DNA of 64,000 nt from Azolla caroliniana. Taxonomy: Eukaryota > Plantae > Polypodiophyta. Numbering within the stretch: position 1 is the first letter of the stretch; the number at the start of each line of letters is the position of its first letter. Where the stretch lies: NCBI GenBank assembly GCA_043228905.1, contig JBHGNT010000021.1:2914001-2978000 (forward strand), written 5' to 3'. The notes below the pieces were generated by a model. That model saw nothing but the letters and a program-made list of their open reading frames with translations. It was not told the DNA's origin and made no database searches. This document shows positions 12,622-26,129 of the stretch, piece by piece. The position numbers and the translations under genes are program-made.

Positions 12622-15600
12622 TCATACTGACTTTCCTTCTTTGCCTCGACTCCGAAAGTTTGGAAGGGAGAAGAATGACCTCGGAGCTACTCAAAGAAAA
12701 ACAGAATTTTTCAGTCAAAACTAGATACGCATTATAGAAGCGTTGTATCAAACTTTCACATAAAAGTGAGTACCTTTCAGGCGTGTGCTGCTCCCTGATA
12801 CATGATCATCCCTTAGCTTGAAGTTAGAAGGGGGTGTTGGAATAGAGCTCCTTAGTAGTAATTGAACTGCAGTTAATGAAGTCAAAATCAGGTCCTTGCA
12901 ACATTTCTCACTTGGAATGCTGCCTACAATCTATTAGGAATGATTGCTAGAATAGAGCATGTTCATGAGGATGCCCACATAGATGCTGAATGCAAGATCA
13001 TGTGAAATTGCATAACTGCAGCCGCGATGTAAATCCTAAGCCAAATAATATGGAATTCAAAAACCATAATGGGAAATGCAAGTCCGATGCGACTTTTTAG
13101 AATATTAAAGAAATTGAATACTGCAGGTGCAATGTAAACCCTACATCAAATTCATGCCAGTTTTTGAAAAGATGGTGAGAAACGGAAAACTATTCACAAT
13201 TAAAAAAATCTAGCAGTAATATAAATTGCATAAGAAATCTATGAAACTAACTAGAGTAACATCAACTTGAAATCTCAATTCCTTTACCTGGTCCTTTCTC
13301 TCGCATATTGTCATTGACATTATGTGCACCATTTTGTCTACTGAACTCCTTCAACATCCTATCGTTCATTCTCAACTTACGTAGATCATTCACCGACTGA
13401 ATCTTTGCTTTTGGGTCTTCAAAGTAATCATCACCTCCTGAGGTTGTCGTCGCAGAAAGACAATCTGTTATGATAACTTCCGGAGTGCCACGGCTTTTCC
13501 GAGCAAACTTTAACAACCGTTTCAGACCTTTGGCTGGCTCCTTGGGTGGCACCACAACAACTGGCTTCTGAGAAGAGTTTGTCCGCTTCTTATGGGTGGC
13601 ATCAATCTCAGAAGCATATTGCACACATGACGAATCCCAAGAAGCTGGACTCGGAATAGAGGGTTCTGACACTCTAGTGTTAAACACAACACAATGATCA
13701 TCATGAATACTAGCTACTGCGGATTCCTCTGCACCCACAGAATATTGCTTTGATATGGTAAGTTCATCGCAAACAAGATTAGCATGAAAAGATGTTGAAC
13801 CAGTGGCTACTTTCTCCCTTTGCAATGACTTTGCACTATCAGCAATGAGCTTTGATACAGTGCTGAATTGTTCTCCATCATGGACTGTTCCTCCTCTGTG
13901 AGATTCTTCGATAGATGTGTTATGTTCTCCCTCGTGAACTGTTATTCCTCTGTGAGATGCTTCTACAGATGTGTTATGTTCTCCTTCATGAATTGTTATG
14001 TCTCTGCTAGATTCGCTTTGAGCACAATCTTCTCCATGGACAGTTGTATGTTTTTGAGAGTCTCCAGTGTTCAATACATGCTCTGTTTCCAAAGTGCTGT
14101 TATATAGTTTGTGTTTTCCAGATTCTATGGGGAATAATACTGCAGGACATGCTCTTTCATTCTTGAGTGACTCTTCGTGTTTTACTGAAGATGTATTTAC
14201 TGGATTCACAACTTGATACATGGAAACCAAAGACAAACTACCATCTGAGTGATGTGTTGTTACTTCTGCATCTGAGGATATGTCGAGATCCATTTCTGCC
14301 TCTTTTTCTCCCATTTCCTGAAAAAGCATAGATGCATGATTCTGAGATGTTACGCTCTCATCAATGATGTAATCACTCTCATCTTTCACACTGATAAGCT
14401 GAGCATCTTCATCCAATCCCTTTACGCGTGTTGGAGAGCAATATTCATTAGAACTTTTCGCTGTAATGTCAACAATAGAAAATTTCTTCACCTTCACAAA
14501 ATCAGGAGAAGTTCCATGCCCAGCATTAGACCCCCTCTGTGGAAATGACTTCACCTCATGGATAGGAGCAACAGCACTTCTTCTCATCTTAGCTGGAAGA
14601 GGGATCTCAGGTTTGACCTCTTCCTGTAAACTCAGTGATATTGGCATCCTTCCATTATCTGCTGGTGACATGCTGGCATGTGTATTCTTTCTTGCTGTTC
14701 TATTGCTAGAATTATTTGGGGCACCAATAGACTCTAGAGGGAAATCTTTAACTACACCTTTGGAGATACTATCATTCTTTGGATGCATATGACTTGAGAG
14801 AGATGACTTAGAATGTAGCTTAGAATTCTCCTTTTTCAAGTCTGAGAAACAAGAAACTGAACATACAAGTTGGTTACCCCCCATACTAGAAGAAACAGAT
14901 GGCTGATAACCTGAAATTCTACCTGTTGTTCCAGTGGGTGCAGATCTAGGCGATATTGAAGAAGCACGCATAGAATTACGAGGAGTTGTTGCAGATTTCT
15001 GGGAAGACGAACTAGCTTTTTTTATTTTGTGAAGTTTTGCAGACTCTTTAGTTGCTCGTGGAGTCAATGGAGGGGAAGGCGGGAGATTATCCAGTGATTG
15101 TTTGCTGTTCTCCTCACACAAAATCTTAGAGAAAGGAAGAAAAATATTTGTCATCAACACATAACTCACAGCACATACAGGAAGGAAGAACACCACGTAA
15201 TAGAACGGCACATATAGAGGTTAACTTGTACCTGAGATTTATGCATATTGCATGGATTCTCTTTGAGATCTGCAAGTTTTATTGCACGGACTCTAAGATT
15301 TTTACCTTCTTTTGATAACTTAGCTGTGGTTGCATGCATCTCTGCTTTCCTTAAATCCAGAGTCTCCTCCATTAATCTGAGCTTTGCTTCTCTTTCGGCC
15401 CTTTTTGAAAGGTGTTCATCCATCATCTTGGCATTCCTCAACTTACTATAATGCTCATAACGCCTACCAAAAAAATCCTCACTTGAATTTGAATGGTTAA
15501 TCATGCTAGCAAGAGCCTTCATGTTACTATCAGAGGGCATATTCCAAGAATTGATGATAGATTCTCTTGCAACATTCACACAGCCTTTGCTGTCAATAGA

Positions 15601-18600
15601 ATCCTCTTCCATAGAGTGACTAGGTTGGTCCTCTTCATCTAGAACTCCAGTTCGCTCTGATAACTGTGTATCTCTTTGGGCTGTAATTGGAAAAGTGGGA
15701 GTAGCATATTGTCTTGATTCAGGCGAAGCACAATTTATATCTGAAGTTGCCATGCCCCTAGGTATGCTTGTCACACTGCTGCTTGCACTGGATTGATTAT
15801 TAGCCACGGGTCCATGAGCTGAAAATGTATTCTCAGTTACGGAACTTACTCCTCTGAATCCCTCTGTAGACTCTACATATTTGTGTGATCTCGAAAATTC
15901 CTTTCCATGAGACTCCCTCTTAGAGTTGATTTTTCTCAACACTTTTAAGTGCTGTGGTGCCAATGTTTCCTCTTGGTTGTGTAGTTGAAAATCTAAACTT
16001 GTGTCAAAACTACAAATTGAGGGTTCCTGTAAAACATGAGGTACCACATGTATCTGCGACGTGAACGACTTCAATTCACCTTTCAACGGTACATTCTGAT
16101 CATCCATGATAGATTGGTTGCAATCTTTTGCCACAAAACTGTTTCTCAGTTTAACATTTTCAGCCTTTGAGCTGTCTGAAGAAATCCTGGAGGTTTCTTG
16201 TTTCAAGGATCGCTGTTTTGTCAGCGTTTCATTTGGATCCTTGTGTTTGCCTTCAAAAAGGCTAATAGCAGCCTGCACACTTAATCTTTTTGAGGATAAA
16301 GAAGGTTGAAGTTCCTGATTATGATAACCCATCTCGTCTTCATTGTCACTGCCACTAGCTTCCACGTTGCTATTTCTCTCCTTAATTTCTTGTCCTTGAG
16401 AAGAGAAATAGTTAATGCTACGAGATGTTAAAGAGCCAGAGCGACGGCTGCCAAATTTTCCAACCTGAACTTTCTTCAGTGGAGACATAGACCTCCTCCT
16501 TGGAGGTGTTCTTTGAGGAAGAGTTCTTCCCGATTTTGGTGGACTATTGCCCAAGAGCTCGTCTGACAATGATTGTGCTAGATTATCATATAGTGACATT
16601 GACCCTCTAATTTCCTTTTCCCCGACACTAGACTGTAAGAGTGCTTCATTTGTTTCCTCCATAAAATTTGTGTGCATTTGTTGTCTCTTTCTTGAGAGCT
16701 TGAAGAACCAAATACATGCTCTGCTGCAAAGTTCAAAAAGTAAAACAGAAAAAAACGAATAGCTTAGAATAGTTATGGCATCTCTCATTATGAGGTTGTA
16801 CAATTGCAACAACTACCAGACCACATTAAAGAACTAGGTAATTATATAATGTCATTATAAGACAGATTCAGAAATAAGACACCCTGAAATAGCCTTTCAA
16901 CTTTGAAAAAACACATTTGGCAGAGACAAGCAATCTATTGTAGCCGACCAGTTGAAAGTTACTCAAAACTGAAGCACCTCACTGCCCCACACCAATGAAA
17001 AGATGTGCTCTTAATTCTTCCTTGATTTTACTACTAGTATGCAATCTCAGCATTTCCATTTGTGTTGCATTCTTTTCACTGACTGTTTTTACACTGATGC
17101 ACCACACTGGGTTCAGTGGAAGGCTGCAAGAGTTGGACGCCAAAGTAGAACTAGTTGCTGTGACGATGACGGGCAGAAGACTGAAAAAGCTTTTTAAGTC
17201 TCAACAAAATTTGCTAAGGACATTGTGGTTAAAATCAAAGGCGTAAGCTGCACAGAATAGATACCAATTGAGATTGTGGCAACCACAAAAGGATTAAAGA
17301 TCAAAATATTCACAATTATCCTGGAGAAAGAATTTGAATCAAGATAAATGACCTCTAAAGGTCAGACACTAGACCGCTTATACAGATCATACACGTAAGA
17401 ATTGCTGAGTATAATATTTAAATTAAAGCAACCCAAGTGAGTGGAAAAGCATTACATAAAGAGTAAAATATACAATATTATGAACATATTAATTACGATC
17501 TAAACATTATACAAATATCAAAACATGAACATAGAACAACACATAGATCCTAAATTAAACATGCAAATATCACATCTACATGTATGCCTCTGCATGTGTA
17601 TGCAAGTTTAACATCAGAAATAGAGTCAACCAACAATAAACCTGCACATTTTAATATAATACACGTAACTATTAGATATATATACTCTACAGTGGAGATT
17701 AATCATCAATGAGGAGTAAGTATTTACCATAGGCGGTCTGCTCTAAAAAATTCAGCAAAAGACATCAAATCTTCCATAATATGATAGTCAAATCCAGCTT
17801 TGGCAGCTCGAGAAAAAGCCAAATTCTGTTCTTGTTGCAATGCACGTAGTCGTATATCCATTGCTTTGACAAGCTGCCACCTATGAGTAGGATATTAATA
17901 TGTATGAGAATTATAACACATTTATTAATGAGTTCCATGACGGATTCCAGGAAAGCGCTTACTTGGACGCTTCTACTTCATTGCTGATTGGATCGTCATA
18001 ATTTTGTCCAGATGGTGTAAACATGACCTCTGGAATTCAAGGGTAATGATTTTAGCACACAAGAAAATACAATAGAATTGCATTCTAAATGCTGCGTTGG
18101 GTTTTAAACTCATACAGATGTAATTTTCCATTGTTAAGATTTTGTGAAGTAAAAGCACATAGAATCCATTCACAAAAGAGAACCACATACCAGTATTGGA
18201 GAAGGGATTGGCACACAGAGCTGGATCCTCCATCTGAAAGACAATAAATTTTTAGGTAACAGTTGGCACAGAGCAATAAACTTATAAAAGTACATCCTCC
18301 AGCAATCTTGAATCCAGAATGATCTCAGATCTAACCATATGGAAGCATTTAGGACATAAATTGTGAGGCACCTCCATATGGAATGATTAAGAGGGTAAAC
18401 TATAGGCTGACACCAAAAAATTAGATCAAAATGACTGAATTTTTTTTTCGGGATCAATTCTACTCATCTTGTAACTTAAATAAAGAGTTAACTACATGAT
18501 TAAATTGCATGATCTATTCAGGAAACCTCCTAATGCATAGTTAGTTACAGGAATGCCCATAAGAGAACACCTGTATTAAGTTGCTTGCTTGGATGTTCCG

Positions 18601-19683
18601 CACTTGCTCCAGCTGCAGTAATTCATCCTCAATTGTTTTAACACGCTCTAAAACCTCGGGAGAGCTCACGAATTCGACAAGTCTATAGACAAAACAAAGG
18701 CAGAGGTCAACCATCTACTCAACAAATCCTGGCAACTTTTTTCAGACTCAAATGATCCTTAAACGAATGTTTGATCTTGATTGATGTGAGAAACAATCCC
18801 AGCAGATGTTTTAAAATAATTCAGAATCATGTTTGAGAATAACATAAATAAGTATGTTTGAAATTATCCATAACCATGTTCGAAATAACCTAAAAGCATG
18901 TTTGAAGTGAACTAAAAATATATTTATTCTTTGCTTAACCTGTTTATAGTCTTCTTGGTGAACCATGGCCTTCTTCCTTGATGAATGTGAGGTCTTTCCA
19001 GTCTTATTGAAGTAGAATAAGAGTTCTTTTCATAGAGTTCTTGGATGGCGTGAATATGTGATAGAAATGGCTTGAAGAACCCCGAGATAATCTTCTCTGC
19101 TTCACCTCCTGCAGATATAGAAAGCTCGCACATGCTGCTTGTGCAGCAGACAACGAAATGAGACATAAATGCACAGAAAATTAGAGAAATGCAGACTGCA
19201 TTGAGGTTGAAAAACTTGCATTTTAAGGGATCTAAATGCACTTACGTATTTTAGGATCTACAGCAGAAGAAAGAGATGAAAACATGGACAATCGCCGGCC
19301 AGGAAGACTTGCAGTTTTTAAAGATCAAAACAAGATGGAAACAAAAACAAAGGAAGACGAGAGAGATAACCTAGACCAAAAACAAAGAGCAACCTTTTGA
19401 AGGATGGAAATAAACACATAGAGAACATATACAACATTAGATATGAAAACACTTGCATTTAGAAGATCGAAACAGAAAAATAGAGAGGGAAAGTTGAGAG
19501 AGAACATAAGGTCACCGACACAAAAATTATACAGAAAGATGTATAATATGAAGAAGTCGCCACAGCATTCTAACACCTACAGAGATAAATTAGGTGAAAA
19601 AGACTTGCATTTTGAAGATCAAAATAAATATTCAGAGAGAGAATGCAGAATATGAAGACAGCTCCGTGCATATGGGCAGGATA

Positions 19684-19769
<86 letters not shown>

Positions 19770-19884
19770 ACGAACTTTTCGACGATTCAAATAAACACGG
19801 AGAAATGTGACAGGGAGACAGAAATCAAAATAAACATTCAGCGAAAGAATGCAGAATATGAAGATCTCTCCGTTCATGAGCCAG

Positions 19885-19920
<36 letters not shown>

Positions 19921-20189
19921 ATATTGGCATTTTGAAGACCGGAATAAATGCAGCCCGAGATAAGGCGGGACGGAGGGAATGCAGGTAATAGAGAACTCTC
20001 CGTGGAAATAGGCATTAGACATATCCAAAAGGAAAGGGAAAAAGCACAGAGGATAACTCACATGGAGGAAGAGGAGGAGGTGTGATTGTCCTTGTTGTTG
20101 CTGTTGCTGTTGCTGTTTCTGCTGTTGTTAGAGGAGGACGAGGAGGAGAGGTGGAATTCGACGTAATCCAGCAGGATATCTTCGTCCAT
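12622..20189 (-). CDS. CIP7: COP1-interacting protein 7 (CIP7)-like protein; exons 20189-20062, 19134-18940, 18682-18571, 18233-18191, 18029-17963, 17880-17728, 16723-15232, 15124-13288, 12866-12774, 12686-12622
   Basis: Family N-terminus (LDYVEF..CEL...GGEAEKIISG..KPF..H, WFTKKT..R.V.FVSSPEVLERV.TIEDE), AMDIRL..LQQEQ..AFSRA..AGF, RLSVQAAISLFE, YEHYSKLRNAK, KGLKRLLKFARKSRG and C-terminal SIPTPPSNFKLRDDH..APRSFFSL..FRS. All introns are GT..AG with consistent phases. Confidence 0.85.
19691..19765. repeat. (GA)n microsatellite in CIP7-like intron 1
   Basis: Pure GA run, with a second run at about 19888-19918. Confidence 0.95.
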
Positions 20190-20809
20190 TTCTTCTATCT
20201 TTGAAGTGGAGCAACGAAGCTATGGCTATGGCGGAAGGAAGGAAGGAAGGAAGGAAGGAAGGAAGTGAGGTCTGCAGAAGAAAGATCGAATGACTCCAGA
20301 TCTTCTCTCTCTTCTTCTTCTTCTCTCTCTAATCTCTATACAATTCTCTTTTATGCATGCATGCGTGTATGTATGTATGTATGCAGGTAGGTATGTGTTT
20401 TGTATGCATGTATGAATGTATCCAGATATATATGTACTGTGTACATATGTTACGTATGTATGTATGTATGTATGTATCCAGATATGTTGTATGTTGTATG
20501 TTGTATGTTGTATGTATAAACTTCTTTTAATGCATGCCATGCATGTATGTATACATGCCCAAGTGTATGAAGTTATGTATGTATGTATGTATGTATGTAC
20601 ATCCCACAACATTGTTGTCGACAATCCTCGTGGAATCGTAAGAACATCTACGATTACCGTTAGTACTGACGATGGTGGTGGTGCTACCTGGTGGATCAAT
20701 ACACTCCCAATACCTGACGACACCATACACCTAACTAAAAGCATTCTTGGAACAAATCTCATTGATTCAACATATGAAGGACTCCTCAAAAAGCATTTGT
20801 TGCAATTTA

Positions 20810-20831
20810 CACGTGCTCGTAGGAGCACGTG
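20810..20831. promoter_or_regulatory. Paired G-boxes in a perfect inverted repeat, upstream of the CIP7-like gene
   Basis: CACGTGCTC-GTAG-GAGCACGTG, about 620 bp upstream of ATG 20189. Confidence 0.4.
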
Positions 20832-23800
20832 AGCACTAAAGTCTCTTTCTCGTTGAAGGAATGCCACCATCCACAAAGAGATATCAAGTGTGTGAAGCCT
20901 TCATAAATGTAGACTATTTAATTAACACTACCCTAGAAATACCCTAGTGCTTGTTGGTAAACCAACATTGAACTAAACCGATGATGGATTGTTGCATCAA
21001 AGAAAAAGGCAAGGATAGCATCCCATTATTCCAAACAATGCAAGTACCCTCTCTTGGTTGGCCACCTTATGAGACTCTAATAAATGTGCTCCATAAAAGA
21101 ATTTATTCTCCCAACGATCAAAGGTATACAAATGAGAGAATGACAAAGGAAATTCCAACTTTGTAGAATGGGTGTATCATTGCATACAATGGATATGTGT
21201 CAAAGGGGCATGTTGGTGAAAAGGGAGTGGACTAGGTGTTCACAAGAACCTTGATGGCATGGTAAAATATCAAGACACTAAATATTCTCCCAAGGCTCGA
21301 TGCATAATAGAGTCCATAAATTAGAAGTGTCAATAGAAGTACTCAACCTTTGCATCTCTAGGTTCATAACTCAAAATCTACCTTCCAACTTTTGGATAGT
21401 TATTGAATGCCAAACCATTCGTGTACAAATGTCTATAAAACCACCATTTCTCAACGGGATATGTTTGTAAGTCATCAATAAAATACATTATCACGGAGCA
21501 TCACATCCTACAAAAAGGCAAGGTGATATGTTGTAATCCATGCACTTTGGGGAAGTCACTCCTCATGGATCAAGCAGGAAAGTCAAGCACAATGATAATG
21601 TCATGTTCCTAAATATGAACATGAATACCATGCAACAAATGCAAGTGAATGAAATCTCGATGTTTTGAAACAAATAGAATGCAGCTAACCCATTCAAAGT
21701 AGTGGTGAAGAAATCGGACACATTTGGGTTTTTCAGGTGTACCATGACATTAAGGTATCCATGTGGTGCAAAGAGTTTGTATCTATTTGCTATGACAAGA
21801 AAACAACAACAATCCAATACACAAGGAAATGCACAAAATGTTCCCACAACCTATTTGAAAAAGTATCACTTTGTTTTTATTTACATAGAAGACTATCCTA
21901 CGTGAACATATTAAAAAATGTGCCCCCACATGTTCACATGTCACAACTACAAGGGAATGGGTCCCGATCAATGAGGAGCGTGATAAGGAACATCCCCAAT
22001 GTTCTTTCATACATCCCGATGTTCCCCCATGTCCCATCTTAATACGATTAGGATCTTTGTGTTTCCTCCCTCTTTCTTTGCGAGAAGCTTTTCTCTGCCT
22101 ACATCATAAGAATAAATAAGTGTCTATGGTTTACACTATGATTTTTGTGTATAAATTATCAACACCTACAAAAGCGGATGTCACGCGTCTTAGCCTCTTG
22201 GAACGTTCATCTCATTCTAAGCTCCCTCTAAGGACTTCATATCTCTCTCTATTGATCCAAGCAATTTATTCATTCCATGTATATATATATATTAAGAGCT
22301 AAACAATGTTAAAATATAAAATTTCCCTACACCAACTCTAATTAACTCCTACTAGTGTTATGTGCACTCACACAATGACATTGTTCCAACCCACGACATG
22401 CATGATGGTGGCCTTCATTGACTACTACTAATGGAATTGTTCATGCACACAGGATATTGCCCCATCCAAACATGCAATATGGTTATGGTCTACATTTGTT
22501 GTTAACGCCCTACCCTTTGCACGTCTTTGGTATGAACAAGTTGTTGGATGTTATAGTCATCGTACCCAAGTAAATAATGTCACGTGTTGTAGGTATTACA
22601 TTCCTTGCCATCTGTCTTGATCCAAAGTTGTATACTCTTTATATCACATGTATAGACATAGGGGTAATCACATGAAACATGATTGCATCATTATGAATAC
22701 GTTCAAATGTGCTCAAACTCTACCTTGATTGTAGCAATGCTACCTTCCCATATATTTTTCTTTATCTAATGAATATACTAAAAAGCAATCAAAATACACC
22801 TTTGTTTATCTCTTGTTGAATGAACATAACTTTCTTCTAATAGGTCTCACCATTACATTTTTATTGTTGATTATCCTAGAACCATAGCCATCTACCTCAA
22901 CCCTTTATATGATGTAACTTGTTTGTCACATAATTAATATTATTTGTTGTAACTTGTCATACAACCATTGGCATTATTTACATGATAGTAACAATAATAA
23001 TCCCCTTTTTCATATAAAATGAATTGTTAATATCCCTAGTTAAGAAATTAAATGAAATTAGCAACTAGTCATCTAGCCTCGTGTGATTCAATATTCAATG
23101 TATTGCTTAACAATACATGCAATCTAAACCAACTTGATTAAAGTTTTTGAACATCACTATATCACATGCCAAGAAAAGATATAATGTGACATTTTATTTG
23201 GACTAGGTGGTGAGATATGCTATTTGTCTTTTATGAACATTATGTACAACTCACGTTAACAAGGCTAATGTTTTGCAATGCATACTTACAATAAGTGTCA
23301 TTTTTTCAAAGTTGCCTATAATGCTCAGTCATTACCGAGGCTCCTAATAAAATACAATTATGATTAAGCATAACAAAGAATATTGATAAGCAACATAATA
23401 GGCACGCACACTCAAAATTAAGGATAATGCATTAACTTGGTCTAAATAGCCGACTTGATTAATTCAATGTCTCATATCAAAGTCGAGAATGAGCAACTTA
23501 GCAACGTAAATTTCAATTTGAAGCTTTTGTTGATATTTATAAACTCACTTACATAGATTTTAATGTATATGTAATCTTAATTAGCAACTTCATTTTGACT
23601 AAACATATACAGGTGCTATAAAAACAAACTGACATATTTTCAAAACTTTGCATTCATACAAGCATATTTTAGAAGAATTGGCAATAAAAAATTACATTGT
23701 TACCCTCATCCATATTAACAATATATTAATTGAATATGCACTGAGAGTGAAATTTAACATTGGGGATGAAATTGCACGAAACACTATGTAGTATGTACTT

Positions 23801-25683
23801 AAGAGAGTGGTAAGGTTTTGTCTAAAGACCATAATAACTCGCACTCAACCCTTGGATTATACAATGTTTATAGTAATTGGACAATATTATTAGCAATACT
23901 TTAACCCCAATGCATAGCTTAATAAAATATACGGGTTACCACTATTGCACAACACATATTCTAATGAAATATATTTTGTAGCAAAAACTTGTAACTCTTT
24001 GCAACGTATATTCAACCATCGCCTACCAATCAATAAAAAATTTATGTCATGGTTGGTGTGTTATTGTATACAAAAGGTTTGTTATTTTCAAGCACAAACC
24101 CAAGAATCTCCATACCTTCAAAAAACATGTTTTCAATTAAAAAAGAATCAAAGTGTTATTACAAGCATCAACTATATTAGATTGTCACATATGTTCGATC
24201 TTATGAAAACATGCCCTCAAGTTCACAACATATATATAAAGCTAATGTCTCCTCAAATTCAATGCATATTGTGAAATGCACATAAGAGATCAAAACCAAA
24301 CTAGTTAGCTTCTTACTTCTTACTCAATTTATAGTTGATACAAAGGTACCCATTTGGGTTGGCTTAGCTAAAAAGGGTGTGCTAAAAGGGTGGCACAAAG
24401 GAACACATGCACACAACAATATGTTCATTCTTTAACAATAATCATTATCGATCCAAATAATAGGTGCACAACAAAAAATAATTACCGATGAACATATGAA
24501 GCAACGTTATGCTTGACAAAGTAGCAAGCATCCAAGCATCCTCCTAAATATATATGGGACATCACAATTACATTTTGTATTTCATTCGAAATGTTTAATG
24601 TATTGAGGTTATAACCCCTTATGGTGATGCAAGGAGACAACGGCCCCAGGTGGAACTACAAAGCCCCCATGTTGGTTGTTTCCAACTCACATCCCACCCT
24701 CCCTTCGTTGAGGGCTGGGGGATCATTTTAGAGTGATGATCTAATGTAAGCATATGATTGGGATATAATATATATGTAATAAGAAAGGAGAGAGAGAAAG
24801 AAGGGTGTTGATCCACCCGACCATCCCCGAGCGAAGGGATCGAGATGGACTCGAGCCTCGATTGGCATCCCATACCATCGTCGTGGTGTTGAGTCATACC
24901 TGGTGCTGGCGCACTCGCTACAAGAGTTGACCCACCACGAAACATAGTCTCGACATAGTCAAGAGATAATGAAATGAGGGTAGCTAGACCTCATATTTAT
25001 AGCGAGACTTAAGGCCCCTAGACAAGTTCACACTTGGCCTAATGGGTTGTCTCAATCCTGAGGATTAAAAGTAATCCTTCCCTTCTTTACACTCTTGTTT
25101 AACCCTCACACTTATTCATGTGTATAAAATACTACAGTAAATTCTCACCACGGGATATTATATGGTCCTGCCCGTAACAAATCAAGCTTGTGTCAGCTGA
25201 CAATGGATTTGAAAATATGTTTATAGCTCTAGGTACCTACTAACATTGAGTAGAAAATATGAGAGGTTGTGTACCATAGTTGCTTTCTCATGTATTGGAA
25301 CTCAGTTGGGGGGTGATTCCCCGATATATATATATATATATATAAGCCACCTTGTATAGCCTTTCTCTAAAAAAACTCTCCTGATTAATGGGAAAGTATC
25401 TCCATTTTTGAAAAAAAAAACATACCACTACCTACCCTTTTGTTTGCGAGATTATAATGTGTGAAGACAGACCACTACTACTTTTCAATTGACTGACAAT
25501 CATTATAGAGCTACTAACGTGTAAATTAACCACTAAAACAATGCCTATTCTTGTTCCACGATTGAATCCCATTCACATGGTTAAATCAATACTTAATTTA
25601 TGTGAGAGTTGACCACAATCCATTGAAGAGCGACAACATGATGAATTGATTTTATTAGTCTACGCTCTAATTATAAGTTTAAG

Positions 25684-26129
25684 GTACCTGTGATGTGTTG
25701 GTGTAATGGTAATGGGGGGACACTCCAACCACTAGGTTGGAGGTTCGAGTCTCCCCGCACCAAGGCCGAAAGGCATACCCTAAGGGCGGTTTGTGCCCAT
25801 AAGTGACGATGACGAAGATAGTGGCGACGACGCAAAAATGGTGACAGTGAAGGGCGATTTGTGCTTGTAAGTGATGACGACGAAGATGGTGCCGGTTTCG
25901 ATGATGAAGAAGGTAAAATGTAGCTTGTCTACAAGTTGCATGATGGAACGTGGTGCGAGTCTCATCATATCCTAGAGGTCATCCTATGCATGTATCTCAC
26001 TCGTACCGTTCAGTACACCCCCTGATGGACTATGTACTGCTAATAAAACATGACTTCGTGTGAGTTGTATCCTTCGGGCGAGCCAAAGATAAAAAATACT
26101 AAAGTAGTATAAATCAATAAGAAAAAATA
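25684..26129 (+). mobile_element. tRNA-derived SINE with 15-bp target-site duplication
   Basis: Pol III A box (TGGTGTAATGG), B box (GGTTCGAGTC), a tRNA-like head ending ..CGCACCA and an A-rich tail. The direct repeat AATTATAAGTTTAAG lies at 25669-25683 and 26130-26144. Confidence 0.8.

Noticed and set aside
16978-17247. Candidate poison exon in CIP7-like intron 6 (TGCAG acceptor, GAG|GTGCTT donor, immediate stop)
   Set aside because: The only support is splice-like motifs, and the flanking exons join in frame without it.
19594-20876. ORFs with poly-RE, poly-LS or YVC/HTYI repeats
   Set aside because: They are translations of (GA)n and (TATG)n microsatellites.
25690-25762. Functional tRNA gene
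   Set aside because: The D and anticodon arms do not pair properly. The sequence continues into a body and A-tail flanked by TSDs, so it is a SINE head.
26005-26090. Hammerhead or other self-cleaving ribozyme in the SINE 3' end (CTGATGG motif)
   Set aside because: The core is not CUGANGA, and no GAAA/NUH with matching stems could be built.
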